Source: Macrostomum lignano
Lineage: Eukaryota
NCBI GenBank assembly: GCA_002269645.1
Contig: NIVC01003718.1
Coordinates: forward strand, 16,852-80,851
DNA: 64,000 bases
Direction of reading: 5' to 3'
The translations under genes and the position numbers were made by a program. The notes under the pieces are model-generated. The model did no database searches. It was given only the letters and a program-made list of their open reading frames with translations, and was not told where the DNA came from. Below, piece after piece: positions 1 through 13,769 of the stretch; positions within the stretch are counted from its first letter, which is position 1, and each line of letters opens with the position of its first letter.

Positions 1-166
1 AATAACTATACATTTCACTCACAGTAGCAAAATGAGCGTTTTTGGCCTTTATAATGATAAAATTTATTTAAGTTTTTTGAAGCTGCAACGATCGCTTCTG
101 GCTCGTTTCTTTCTACAAGCAGACCAGGCCGATAAACAGTTTGGCTTTTCTCTTGCCCGCTTGTGG

Positions 167-410
167 TCTGACTTTGACCTCTTCCTTTACTGCTCTCTCA
201 TTGGCTGGGCTGGATTGGGCCTGCCCCCTAGGCGGAGTTTCGTCCGTCTGACTTCGCCCTCTCTCCTTACTGGTCTCTCATTGGCTGGGCTAGAGTGGGC
301 CTTGCCCCTAGGCTGAGTCTCGTCCGTCTGACTTTGACTTCTCTCCTTAACTGCTCTTTCATTGGCTGGGCTAGATTGGGCCTTGCGTAGGCTGAGGTTC
401 GTCCCTCTTG
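167..410. repeat. Three ~80-bp direct repeats, each with a CCAAT box
   Basis: Units start at 167, 247 and 327 (tctgactt...). ATTGG at 200, 280 and 361 reads AGCCAATGA on the minus strand. Confidence 0.8.
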
Positions 411-910
411 CGTTCACTTGTGCACGTCGAGTCAAATACTTATTGTTCATTCTCAACCCCATATGTCCCCGAGGCCGCAAAAATCCAAAAGAAAGGAAAT
501 TTTAGCTGCCACATTAAATTTAGGTGACACTGCGCAGAAAAACAACTGAAAAAGAGTAGACCCTCTACTTTTTCATAACTAACATAGCGTGTTGACATAC
601 CCAGTTATTCTAGTATCGGTGGTTAGTAGTGTGTTTTGATTTTTAGCGAGTTCACTGGCGAAATCGAAAAAAAAACAGATTTTATGGCGGGTAAGACGGG
701 GCAGCCGGTGAGGAGATGGTGAGGGAGGGCTAGACACGAATCAGAGATCTACGAATTAAAGAAATTTATTGTTTTATATATGCTTTAATCATGTGTGGAC
801 AAAGCAAAGGGGAGAGACCAAACAAGTTTCGAAAGGCTATAATTGTTATTTTCTAAGGTTTTCATTGGGCTAAATTAATTAGGTCAGCATAGATTACGAG
901 TTGAAAAAAT

Positions 911-3900
911 TCACTCAGTCGCTGTTAGCTCCAGAATGTCTTCGATCAAGAATTCAGCTTGGGCTTCAACGTCCAGGGCATCGGATTGGTCTTCGGTTGA
1001 TTCCTGTTGCTTCTGTTCCGGTGCGTCTTCGAGATTCTGATTCGCTTCATTTTTTACAGCTTCCGCTTCCGGTTCAGCAGGTTTCACTTCCGGTTCAGCT
1101 GGTTTCACTTCCGGTTCAGCTGGTTTCGCTTCCGGTTCGGCTGGTTTCGCTTCCGGTTCGGCTGGTTTCGCTTCCGGTTCAGTAGGTTTCGCTTCCGGTT
1201 CAGTAGGTTTCGCTTCCGGTTCAGCAGGTTTCACTTCCGGTTCGGCTGGTTTCGCTTCCGGTTCGGCTGGTTTCGCTTCCGGTTCAGTAGGTTTCGCTTC
1301 CGGTTCAGTAGGTTTCGCTTCCGGTTCAGCAGGTTTCACTTCCGGTTCGGCTGGTTTCGCTTCCGGTTCAGTAGGTTTCACTTCCGGTTCAGTAGGTTTC
1401 GCTTCCGGTTCAGTAGGTTTCGCTTCCGGTTCAGTAGGTTTCGCTTCCGGTTCGGCTGGTTTCGCTTCCGGTTCGGCTGGTTTCACTACCGGTTCGGCTG
1501 GTTTCACTACCGGTTCGGCTGGTTTCGCTTCCCGTTCGGCTGGTTTCGCTTCCGGTTCAGTAGGTTTCGTTTCGGGTTCAGCTGGTTTCGCTTCCGGTTC
1601 GGCTGGTTTCGCTTCCGGTTCGGCTGGTTTCGCTTCCGGTTCGGCTGGTTTCGCTTCCGGTTCAGCTGGTTTCGCTTCCGGTCCGACTGGTTTCGCTTCC
1701 GGTTCAGCTGGTTTCGCTTCCGGTTCCGATAGCTTGACTTCAGGTTCCGCCTTCTTGAATTCCTGTTCCGTCGCCACTGGCGGAGGTGGCGGCGCTTGTG
1801 GTTCGGGTGGCGGCACCTGTAGCTGAGGTGGCTGCACCTGCACCTGAGGTGGTTGCACCTGCGGCTGAGGTGGCTGCACCTGCACCTGAGGTGGCTGCAC
1901 CTGCACCTGAGGTGGCTGCACCTGCACCTGAGGTGGCTGCACCTGCACCTGAGGTAGCTGCACCTGCACCTGAGGTGGCTGCACCTGCACCTGAGGTGGC
2001 TGCACCTGCACCTGAGGTGGCTGCACCTGCACCTGAGGTGGCTGCACCTGCACCTGAGGTGGCTGCACCTGCACCTGAGGTGGCTGCACCTGCACCTGAG
2101 GTGGCTGCACCTGCACCTGAGGTGGCTGCACCTGCACCTGAGGTGGCTGCACCTGCGGCTGTGACGCCTGCACTTGTGGTGGCGGTTGAGACTGCGCCAC
2201 GCGCATCTGGTTTCCAGCATCTTCAGACACTATTTGCTGGTGCATCGCTACCTGCATCTGCTGAGGCTGGGGTTGCGATTTCTGCTGCTGTTGCAGCTGC
2301 TTGATAGGGGATTCTAGCTTTGGGACAACTTGCTGATTCTGAGCAGGCAGCTGCTGTGACGGTTGCACATGCTGTTCCTGTAGACGAACCTGCTGTTGTT
2401 GAGGATGCATTTGTTGCTTCTGAGGACGAATCTGCTGTTGCTGCTGAGGCTGCATCTGCTGTTGCTGCTGAGGCTGCATCTGCTGTTGCTGAGGCTGCAT
2501 CTGCTGTTGCTGCTGAGGCTGCATCTGCTGTTGCTGAGGACGAATCTGCTGTTGCTGCTGAGGCTGCATCTGCTGTTGCTGAGGCTGCATCTGCTGTTGC
2601 TGCTGAGGCTGCATCTGCTGTTGCTGAGGACGAATCTGCTGTTGCTGCTGAGGCTGCATCTGCTGTTGCTGCTGAGGCTGCATCTGCTGTTGCTGAGGAC
2701 AAATCTGCTGTTGCTGCTGAGGACGAATCTGCTGTTGCTGCTGAGGACGAATCTGCTGTTGCTGCTGAGGCTGCATCTGCTGTTGCTGAGGCTGCATCTG
2801 CTGTTGCTGCTGAGGACGAATCTGCTGTTGCTGCTGAGGACGAATCTGCTGTTGCTGAGGCTGCATCTGCTGTTGCTGAGGCTGCATCTGCTGTTGCTGC
2901 TGAGGACGAATCTGCTGTTGCTGCTGAGGCTGCATCTGCTGCTGCTGAGGCTGCATCTGCTGTTGCTGCTGAGGACGAATCTGCTGTTGCTGCTGAGGAC
3001 GAATCTGCTGTTGCTGCTGAGGACGAATCTGCTGTTGCTGAGGCTGCATCTGCTGTTGCCGCTGAGGACGAATCTGTTGTTGCTGCTGAGGCTGCATCTG
3101 CTGTTGCTGAGGCTGCATCTGCTGTTGCTGAGGCTGCATCTGCTGTTGCTGCTGAGGCTGCATCTGCTGTTGCTGAGGACGAATCTGCTGTTGCTGCTGA
3201 GGCTGCATCTGCTGTTGCTGAGGCTGCATCTGCTGTTGCTGAGGCTGCATCTGCTGTTGCTGCTGAGGCTGCATCTGCTGTTGCTGAGGACGAATCTGCT
3301 GTTGCTGCTGAGGCTGCATCTGCTGCTTCTGAGGCTGCTGCTGAGGCTGTTGCTGAGGCTGCTGCTGATGCTGTTGCTGAGGCTGCTGCTGAAGCTGTTG
3401 CTGATGCTGCGGAACCTGATTCTGCTGAGGTAGCCCGTGCTGCTGGGATTCCAACATTCCTGCGTAATGCCCTCCTCGCAGGTTGGCCTGCACGTTGGTG
3501 TACATCAGCTCCGCTTGCTCAACCTCGGGATCACGGAACAGCCTCGCCTTCAGATCGGACTCTGTGAAATGAAGTCGCCAGTAGTTGAACGCCAGCTTCT
3601 GCGATTAAAATATAAAAAGATGAAACATTTTCGTACCCCGTTCAACGCGCAGAATGTCGGTCACTGACGGCTTCGGTCTATTGATTTTGCTCTCCAGTTC
3701 CTCCGATCGTTCCACCTTGCGCAGCTCCAATAGTCGCTTGAAGTTGGACGCCTCTGTTAATAGGAAAACGAGGTTCTTTGCACTTTTTTGCAATTTGAGA
3801 GACGAACAAACACAGCTTTTCAGACGTATGATCATGACAAGCACATCTGCTTTTATGCAAGGGCTAAAACTTCTATGAATATCTTGCCAAAGTAAACCTG

Positions 3901-6900
3901 GGTCGGATTCCGTTAGAGCTTGTCATGCCATTCACGGCCACCGGAGGGCCATAACCCCAAGTGGTAATGTCAGGGCCGCTATGCACCCATGATGTGAGAC
4001 AAACTAACTCACTCAGTAGACACTCATTTTCATGCATTTCAGGACAGAGACTGAACAATATGATCCGAGCAACATCTCCCTGCAAGGCTGCTCACCCGGT
4101 TCCACGTGCTTCAGCTCAGGCCTAAAGTCTTCAACGGGCATGACTGTCAGAGTGGCTTCGGCGAAGATCTGGCCGAGAGGGTTGCGAGCGAGCACGCGCA
4201 ACCGAGTGTCGCCGATGTCCTTGCAGCGCAGGATCTCAAAGTAGTTGATCGAGCCATCGTGGTACACCTTGCAGTTCGAAGTCTGGAAGTTATTAAAATA
4301 TTCGTTTGCGAGTGAATGTGAAAACAAACGAAAAATGGTAAAATCTGGTAGATTTATGCGCTTGAAAAGCAGCAACATAAGCAGTGCACAGTCACTTCAA
4401 TTAAACAATAAGTTTTGCACCTGTTCTTACAGTAATTCTATACATTTTACATTTACAACATTGAGTACTATAAACGAAATTCAATTTGGGTAAGCAACTC
4501 TAACACTGAAGCACACGACTATTTGGGCGTTCTACAATTCATATCTGTGATAATAGTGCGAAAATACAATAAAGTCACCACTTAGCAAAGCGCTTTTCGC
4601 AGCTGATGGGGCAGGATGCATAATTAACAACAAAATTTGTCTAAATTTTCTTCCGTCGAACGCCTCTATTGAAGCTGAAGCTAGATTTTTTACAAAGCCG
4701 TGCGCTCCTTTTGCCGCTGCGACGCAAAAAAATCAATAGTTTATACTGACTACTAGCAGTAGATTACTCGAATGTGCACACTAATGCAATATAAGCAGCC
4801 TTACATCGCTTGTGTCAATGTTATTGCTGACACTTTCAGTTTCATTAACCTCGTCCGAGTCCTGTTAGGAAAAGTGGAGCTTGACAAGTTGGAAATGTAT
4901 TGTGTAAGTTTATATAAAAAAATTTTATTCACACGAGGTAAAATTTAAAAGCAAAGGGAAACAGAAAAGTAATTAACACGACTGTGCAATCAAATTGAGC
5001 TGATGGACTTCATCAACGGCACAACCGAGTTCAGTGACATCAAAATTGTGACAGTTTCTATCACGTCAAGACAATTGCATTGAAATCGAAACAGTTGCAT
5101 AAAAATCAAGACAGTTGCACCAATGTCAAGACAGTTGCACGAACGTCAAGACAGTTGCACCAATGTCAAGACAGTTGCACGAACGTCAAGACAGTTGCAC
5201 CAATGTCAAGACAGTTACACCAATGTCAAGACAGTTGCACCAATATCAAGACAGTTGCACCAATGTCACGACAGTTGCACGAACGTCATGACAGTTGCAC
5301 CATCAACGACACGACAGTTGCACCAACATCAAGCCAGTTGCATTAAAATGAAGACAGTTGCGCCAAAATCAAGACAGTTGCACCAACGTCAAGACAGCTG
5401 CACCAACATCAAGAAATTTGCACCGACATCAAGACCGCCACAACTTTAATCGAGCTATAAGTAACCACTTTCATCCAATAAAATTGTGACTGCGACCGTA
5501 GCTTAGAGACAGACACGGTGCCACGTGTTGGACACCTTTGCAGTCAAGACACAAGACATAAGACACAAGATAAATCGTCATCTTTACGAAACTAATGGTA
5601 CATAGTGAAAGATACAGCGGTTGCCATATTGTTTCAGATTCATCAAAGGTAAATAAGGCTGGTGATGCAGGTTAGGGTTATGGTACGGATTGTTGTTTGG
5701 TATTTCATAACGCGAACGATCATGTACATCATAGGTTTGTATTACGAGCAAAAATACATATGTAGTTTCAACTAGAAGAGCAAGACAGAAGTATCTTGTT
5801 GTGTCTCAAGCGATGAGTATAATGACAAGTAGCTATAGTATCATCTATTCAACGGTATGATAAAATCCAAGGGCTTACGGAAGCAATCATCTGCTCGTTA
5901 AGATACCAGGCCACTCGAGGCCTTGGCAAACCGCTGAGCTTCACCAGAAACTTTGCCGGATAGCCTTCGCATACGGTTACGGACTCCGGCATGATGTCGA
6001 AGTGAGGCTGAGACTGCGGCTCAACAAATTCGCGGAATTGAAACTCCTCGGGTCCGATCGGAGCCCTGGAGGTTGCGGGTGTTTCATTTAAAGTGAATTT
6101 CGAGCGCGTTTGTACAGAATTTACAGATCTTTACGAGGGGAGAAAGTCTATGCCACAGAAGAACTTTTACAATCTGAATGATTCCTACGTATTTAGACGC
6201 CAACCGAAGGACGTCCAGCAAATTTTTGGACTGTAAATTAGCCGCCCAGAAACTGTAACTCACTCTCTCCACTGTCGCTCAAGATCCTCTAGCCGTTGAA
6301 AGCCCTGTGCACCTCCGGGTAACTGCGTTCGCGTCACCACCGACTCGCTCGCGTGGCACAGTACGGCGACTCGGTTGCTTTCAACTGCGCCAGACCGATT
6401 GCGCACCACCGCCCAGTACTGGCCGGAGTCTTCGGCATAGCAGTGCCCGATCTGCAACCAGGCAAGACCCCTCTCGCAGTCGGTGTGCACCCGCGAGCCC
6501 AGCGTCACCGCTTGGCCGTCCTTCAACCAGTCGACGCTCAGGTTGCCGTCTCTGGCCGGCTCAATCTGCAGTTTTGTGAGTTTTAATTTTACCAATCTGT
6601 TTTTAGTAAAGAAAGTGAGTAAAATTTCTGTGTTTCTACTCGCGACGGTAGTCTAAGACCACGTGATAAGATGCTAAAATAAAACTATCATTAGAAGAGA
6701 TTCTACCATGGCTAAACGATAACCGAACGCTATACGCTCATTTTTCAACGCTTTGAAATCGTTATTCAAGGCTACTAAAGATACGAACACATTAATGAGC
6801 CAATGTCTGCCTCCAAAACCACAGACAAAATCTATCATTATACCATAGACGATACCATAGAACCATACCATACCATAGAACACAAAAACACCAACGATAC

Positions 6901-9900
6901 GACAGCTACTCGTAGGCATGCGTTCCTTACCGAATTCCAGCTCATTTCTAAGAAAATCGTCCTTTTTTGACACTGTCGCAAATCAAGGCGCGGAGGCAAG
7001 CAGTTTAGCCAATTACACTGACACCTGAGCATTCTCACAGGTTGTATAGTGGGCCTAAACTTCTTATCATCAGGCATGTGTACACTGTGCCTCTGTGGTC
7101 GGCCCCCATGTGGTATTACTGTAAATGCGTAAGTCAGATGAAAAGCACGTCACCGCGCTCCAAATCGACCCCGGGAATTTCGCACGATGCGTCACCGCTG
7201 CCAAAAAGTGTCAACGTCCCTTACTTAAGTAGTTGAATCCTCACCTGCAGCTGCAGACCCAATCGTTCGCCCTCCTTGAGCTCCGGCGGCTGCACCAGAC
7301 CCCTGACAATGACTGGCGGCGGTTGCTGCTGAGCATCAGCGCCAGGCATCGCGGCTCGTCCAGTCGCCATCTCCTCCTCCAGCTGCATCAGACTGCGGAT
7401 GCTGTGCTCCGCGTTGCCCGGCAACTGCGATGACGTCACCACGCCGGTGCCGCCGGGTTGGCAGACAAGTTGAGCAGCAGTGCTCTGTGCCTGGCCGTGC
7501 TCGCTCTCCAGCACGGCGCAGTACGTGCCGCTGTCCTCCGAGTTCACGTAGGCAAATTTTAGCCAAGCTAGCCCGAGTTCGAATCCTGCCGTGATTCGGG
7601 AGCCGAATTGGACCAGGACGCCGTCGCAAAACCAGTGCGCCTGCACCCGGTTACCGTTGCCGGGGTCGGCCCGGGCTGAGAACGCAGCAGGGGCCGCCGC
7701 CTCCGGCACCTGCAGCTGCGCTGGGCTTAGCGGGGCCAGGAAGCGTGGCGGGTCGGCGCGGCGAAGATCGGCGTCCATCCTGCGGGTGCGTGTTGCCAAT
7801 CGGGTGCACAAAATGTTATCTTTCACTCACCATCAGCAATTTTTTACTCATTATCTCTAGTATAGCTCATCGCTACACCCACCGATTGCTAATCGCTTCA
7901 CCCACCGATTGCTCATCGCTTCACCCACCGATTGCTCATCGCTACACCCACCGATTGCTCATCGCTGCACCCACCGATTGCTAATCGCTTCACCCACCGA
8001 TTGCTAATCGCTTCACCCACCGATTGCTAATCGCTTCACCCACCGATTGCTCATCGCTACACCCACCGATTGCTCATCGCTTCACCCACCGATTGCTCAT
8101 CGCTTCACCCACCGATTGCTCATCGCTTCACCCACCGATTGCTCATCGCTTCACCCACCGATTGCTCATCGCTTCATCCACCGATTGCTCATCGCTTCAC
8201 CCACCGATTGTTTATCGCTTCATCCACCGATTGCTCATCGCTTCACCCACCGATCGCTCGTCGCTTCACCCACCGATTGCTCATCGCTTCATCCACCGAT
8301 TGCTCATCGCTACACCCACCGATTGCTCATCGCTACACCCACCGATTGCTCATCGCTTCATCCACCGATTGCTCATCGCTACACCCACCGATTGCTCATC
8401 GCTTCACCCACCGATTGCTCATTGCTACACCCACCGATTGCTCATCGCTACACCCACCGATTGCTCATCGCTTCACCCACCTATTGCTCATCGCTACACC
8501 CACCGATCGCTCATCGCTACACCCACCGATCGCTCATCGCTACACCCACCGATCGCTCATCGCTACACCCACCGTTCATTCCCCAACCAGGGCACTCACG
8601 GTCTGAACTCTTCCCCGTACTCCTCCAGTCGTTGAATGTTCATCACCGAGCTCGCTGGCAGAGCAGATGCGGTCACCACCCCAGCAGAGCCAGAGCAGCT
8701 GTGAATGATTGTTTTTTTGAACGATTTGACTCAAGTATTCGATGTTACTGCCACTAACTCGACTCCACTCATGACTCACCTCAGCTGAGCCGTGTTGCTC
8801 TGAGCCGAGCCGTGTTTATTCGTTGCCAAGCAACAATAGAGGCCACTGTCCTCCGGGTAGCAATAGATCATCTCCAGTGCCGTGTAGCCTCTATCGTACA
8901 CTGCCCGAATTCTCGAGCCTAAAGTTACCGGGACTCCATTCTTATACCATTCCACCTGGATGTTTGAGTCCGCCGCCGGCGTCACTCGGGTCTCGAATCG
9001 TACGCTGGAGTTCTCTGCGACCACCGCGCTATCAATCTGGCGGACAAACTGAGGCGCCGATTGCGGGATTCGATCGTCATAGTCCTGGCGGGTGCTGCGG
9101 GCGCTCAGACGCTCGTCCAGACGGTCGATGTTGGCCACCATGGACTGCTCGGGCAACTGGGTGTCCGTCACAACGCCCTCCTCGGCTACGACCCTGGCAG
9201 TTTCGGTAAATTTGAGCATATTTTGAATTTCTCAGGCGTTGTGAAATCAGGGGTTTTCAGCTTGTGGATATTGGGGCCCAGGTTGTGAAAGTCAGACCTC
9301 GGCCTGGAACTCACGTCAGCGACATCGGGTTGCTCTGGTCCATACCGAAGCTGCTGCGCACCACGCAAGAGTACTCGCCGCTGTCCTCCGGGTAGGTGTG
9401 CAGGATGTCCAACGAAACGTAGCCACGTTCGAATGTCGTGTTCAATCGCGAGCCTGGGGGAGGGTCGAAGACAGACCGCCGGGTGCTTGACGGGCTGCTT
9501 ACACAATATTTAACACAACATGCGTAGGTAATGCAAGTTTTTTAAAGTCTGTCGAATATCCAATTCGAAAGTAAATCAGATGACATCAGATATGGTATTC
9601 TCTGACCACGGTCGGGTTAAGACACAAGTTCAGCAGTCATTGTCAGTCATTGTATCTTTTGTTTACTTGTCAGATGGTCTCTTCTAAATTCTATTTTGCA
9701 TCTTATAAAATAAAAAACTCCGGTCTCTCCATCCGGCCCTCAGGACGGTTGAAACATCACAATAGCAATCCTGCCATGCAGCTAAGGGTTTGTGTCTCTT
9801 CTCAGCTCCTTTCTCTCATCTCTCCTCTTTTCTCTCATCTCTCTTCCTCTATTCCCTCCTCTTTCCACTCTTATCTGGCCTAGAGCCATTCTGTGCACTA

Positions 9901-10437
9901 TTGAGAAAATTTTGCAAAATAAAAAAGGACAGGCATCGGCTCACCAGCATTGAGTGGCAGGCCGTCCTTGCACCACTCAGCCTGCATCGAGCTGTCATTC
10001 AACGGAGCCACTCGACAGTCGATTCTAACTGCGGCGCCTTCGCTTACGCTGGCAGACGGCCGCGGCTGGCGCACAAACCTGGGTGCCTCGCCAACTGCAC
10101 CTTGGCGATGCTGCTGCTGCTGCTGCTGCTGCTTCTCGTTGAAAGTAGCCGACCGACTGAGCTCGCCATTTATGTCGAATCCAGTTGGGGCCGGACTCAG
10201 CTGTTGCTGGTACTGCTGCGGCTGTTGCTGGTACTGCTGCGGCTGTTGCTGGTACTGCTGCGGCTGTTGCTGGTACTGCTGCGGCTGTTGCTGGTACTGC
10301 TGCGGCTGTTGCTGGTACTGCTGCAGCTGTTGCTGGTACTGCTGCGGCTGTTGCTGGTACTGCTGCGGCTGTTGCTGGTACTGCTGCGGCTGTTGCTGGT
10401 ACTGCTGCGGCTGTTGCTGGTACTGCGGTGACTCCAT
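911..10437 (-). CDS. Kettin/titin-like Ig-domain muscle protein, ~1707 aa, 5 Ig domains plus low-complexity tail
   Basis: Phase-consistent GT-AG exons: 10437-9945, 9453-9315, 9193-8780, 8698-8600, 7779-7245, 6565-6264, 6065-5879, 4282-4096, 3753-3637, 3561-911 (sum 5124 nt). Ig repeats carry kettin-type motifs GSR...GY/L..L.I...YPEDSG.Y.C and VVT.TQLP linkers. AATAAA on the minus strand at 770-765. Start codon uncertain (possible acceptor at 10495). Confidence 0.85.
1060..3420 (-). repeat. Coding tandem repeats of the kettin-like last exon: QQQQ(Q)MQP/IRP, PPQVQVQ (~15x), PAEPEAK (~30x)
   Basis: Visible in ORF 911..3505 and in the DNA as 21-bp and 24/27-bp periodicity. Confidence 0.95.
5075..5430. 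repeat. 20-bp intronic minisatellite (TCAAGACAGTTGCACCAATG)
   Basis: caag recurs at 5107, 5127 and 5147. Confidence 0.9.
7863..8575. repeat. 23-bp intronic minisatellite (CACCCACCGATTGCTCATCGCTT)
   Basis: Shadow ORFs are offset by 23 nt (8024, 8047, 8070). It fills most of intron 7780-8599. Confidence 0.95.
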
Positions 10438-11251
10438 GCTTGAATTGATGAAGCGCAACACCAATTTCCGGCGCAACTGTTGCTTCACGCGGATTCTGTT
10501 TTAGACCAGCTTGTCTACAGGTATACCCCGGGCAACACCCCTCCCTCAATCAGTTTCTGCCTTTCCTTTACAAAGTCTACCTGAACTGCACAGACAGCCA
10601 CGGCAGCCACATCCAGCGCCAAGGCACCATCAGCTTGATGTCATCGATCCTCGAAGCTCTGGACGCAGACTGGTGGGGGTTGGTTGGTGTTCGTTGCTTC
10701 CCTCTTCCCCCGCTGCTGGCTTTCCCTGCCCCATCCCTCAGAGCGAAGAACAGAGCCGGATTTCACTATAGACAGGACGCAACCAAACGCGGTTAGCGAA
10801 AGGTCGATCTATTGCCTGATCCTGCATGGCTGTTCTCCCTGTCCAGGCTAAAGTTCAGCGCCCGCGGAACACACGCGCAGCACACGACCCCACGTACACC
10901 ACCCCCAACCCGCCGACCGCCGATATCCCATTCAAACCTCTGGGATGGTCAGAACGGAAAGGCCAAGCGTAACTCCGCCTAAAAGCAGAGATGTTGCAGA
11001 TCCTTACGCGCAGCTCCAGCTCGCATTTGAACTTTGCATTCTTTTATTCTTGAACCGATGGCTTTTCTTGTCTATCAGGTGCTGCTTTGCCTCTTGGGGA
11101 CATCGTAAGGTTTTGTATGGCAAAAGTTCTCTGAAAAAATGATATTTTCGACTAGAAGGGCGAAAAGTTTCAACACCTTGTCCATAGAAATTTGAGTTTT
11201 GACCATGCATAATATAATACGCTCGTACTTGTACTAATATAATATATAATA

Positions 11252-11326
11252 GATTACACCTATTGTTGGGCAGACGTGCAACCGACAGCTCAGCCGCAGC
11301 TATTGCGCGGCGCATCTGAAGACTGC
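11252..11326 (-). mobile_element. 5'-truncated SINE fragment (3' end only)
   Basis: gtgcaaccgacagctcagccgcagctattgcgcggcgcatctgaag is nearly identical to 59405-59458 of the full SINE. Confidence 0.7.
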
Positions 11327-11419
11327 AATAAGGGATGCAGAATCAAGTGCATTGGAGCCCCCTACAGACTAAGAAGGTTAGTTAACAATATCCTACCTCT
11401 ATAGCTCTAGCACTCCGAG

Positions 11420-12735
11420 ATGTGATTCACAATGTGGAATCTATGATTCACGATGTGGGATCTGTTGTTCACAACGTAGAATCTTTCTTTCACAACGTGG
11501 CAGTTGTGATTCCCGATGTAGCATTTGTGATTAACTGTTTAGTATCTGTGATTCACACTGTAGTATCTGTGACTCACACGGTAGTATCTGTGATTCCCAC
11601 TGTAGTATATGTGATGCAAACTGTAGCATGTGTGATTCCCACCGTAGTATATGTGATTCCCACTGTAGAATGTTATTCCCACTGTAGTATCTGTGATTCA
11701 CATTGTAGTATCTGTGATTCCCACTGTACTATCTGTGATTCCCACTGTAGTATCTGTGATTCCCATTGTAGTATCTGTGATTCACACTGCAGTATCTGTG
11801 ATTCCCATTGTAGTATCTGTGATTCACACTGCAGTATCTGTGATTCCCATTGTAGTATCTGTGATTCCCACTGCAGTATCTGTGATTCCCACTGCAGTAT
11901 CTGTGATTCCCACTGCAGTATCTGTGATTCCCACTGCAGTATCTGTGATTCCCACTGCAGTATCTGTGATTCCCACTGCAGTATCTGTGATTCACATTGT
12001 AGTATCTGTGATTCCCACTGTACTATCTGTGATTCCCACTGTAGTATCTGTGATTCCCATTGTAGTATCTGTGATTCACACTGCAGTATCTGTGATTCCC
12101 ATTGTAGTATCTGTGATTCCCACTGCAGTATCTGTGATTCCCACTGCAGTATCTGTGATTCCCACTGTAGTATCTGTGATTCCCACTGCAGTATCTGTGA
12201 TTCCCACTGCAGTATCTGTGATTCACATTGTAGTATCTGTGATTCCCACTGTAGTATCTGTGATTCACACTTTAGTATCTGTGATTCCACTGTAGTATCT
12301 GTGATTCACACTGTAGTAACTGTGATTCACACTTTAGTATCTGTGATTCACACTTTAGTATCTGTGATTCACACTTTAGTATCTGTGATTCACACTGTAG
12401 TATCTGTGATTCACACTGTAGTATCTGTGATTCACACTTTAGTATCTGTGATTCACACTTTAGTATCTGTGATTCACACTGTAGTAACTGTGATTCACAC
12501 TTTAGTATCTGTGATTCGCACTGTAGTATCTGTGATTCACACTTTAGTATCTGTGATTCACACTGTAGTATCTGTGATTCACACTGTAGTAACTGTGATT
12601 CACACTGTAGTATCTGTGATTCACACTTTAGTATCTGTGATTCACACTTTAGTATCTGTGATTCACACTGTAGTATCTGTGATTCACACTGTAGTATCTG
12701 TGATTCACACTGTAGTATCTGTGATTCACACTTTG
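11420..12735. repeat. 21-bp minisatellite (CTGTAGTATCTGTGATTCCCA / ...CACA)
   Basis: 7-aa periodic shadow ORFs (CSICDSH). Two sub-domains: CCCA variants, then CACA variants. Confidence 0.95.
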
Positions 12736-13338
12736 GATCTAGGTTTCACACTTTATTCACGTAAAAATTTTGCTTAATAGCATATTTGTTATGATTAAAA
12801 ATTTTCACAAACGTCTTGCAATAAAAAATTTTTTTTTGCTTTCGTCAATCCTGAACAAGAAATTTTGATTGACAATCAGAAATTTCATTTCTGGTAACCT
12901 GTCTTCCCGGAAATTAACGAATTTCTGTGTCCGGAAGAGAGCCAGGAGGTCGGACCTCGGCTTGCAGTGTTGCCAGGAACAAAGGAGCAAAAATCTGACA
13001 ACTTGCATCGGAACAGCTGATAGAAAATTTCATAGTCTCATTCCGGGAAACCATCACGGTTTGCGTGTGAAAGTGACTAGATAAGGCAAAACTGCCAGTC
13101 TGTCGGTTACACCTGTCAACTTCAATTAATCAAACTGAGGATGGTAACTTTCCGCTTTGGTTATTCCTGTACCACTTTCTCTCTCCTCTCTCTCCGAGCG
13201 GTTGCCTGCAATTAGCCAAGCAAGCATTGCTCAGGTAAAAAGTAGATAAAAGTTGCCTAGAGAGGGACAGCCTGGATGCTATCCACTTTTTGGTGGTGGG
13301 TACAATATAAAACTGAAGCTGCTCAAAAAAAATACTCC

Positions 13339-13745
13339 GTGAATCTGTGAATCTCACTCTCTGTGAATCTCACTCTCTGTGAAGCTCTCTCTGTAAATCT
13401 CACTCTCTGTGAATCCCACTCTCTGTGAATCTCACTCTGTGATTCTCACTCTCTGTGATTCTTACTCTCTGTGAATCTCACTCTCTGTGAATCTCACTCT
13501 CTGTGAATCTCACTCCTATGTGAATCTCACTCTGTGAATATCACTCTCTGTGAATCTCTGAATCTCACTCTCTGTGAATCTCACTCTCTGTGAATCTCAC
13601 TCTGTGTGAATCTCACTCTCTGTGGATCTCACTCTCTGTGAATCTCACTCTCTGTGAATCTCACTCTGTGTGAATCTCACTCTCTGTGAATCTCACTCTC
13701 TGTGGATCTCACTCTCTGTGAATTTCACTCTGTGAATTTCACTCG
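13339..13745. repeat. 16-bp minisatellite (GTGAATCTCACTCTCT)
   Basis: aatc at 13561, 13577 and 13593. Confidence 0.9.
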
Positions 13746-13769
13746 TTAGAATTCATGTCACAGTTGAGG

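Noticed and set aside
1007-3567. Plus-strand ORFs (FRFR-, APAPEVA-, AAEAAS- and LLLLR-rich)
   Set aside because: Antisense and frame shadows of the repetitive kettin-like last exon; no independent splice or domain evidence.
11422-12777. Cys/His-rich (CSICDSH)n ORF resembling a metal-binding protein
   Set aside because: Product of a 21-bp minisatellite; all frames give similar periodic peptides.
12830-13060. Possible degenerate LINE fragment on the minus strand (…PTSWLSSGHRNSLISGKTGYQK)
   Set aside because: Only a vague resemblance to the PW....K motif between endonuclease and RT; interrupted by stops and too short to support.
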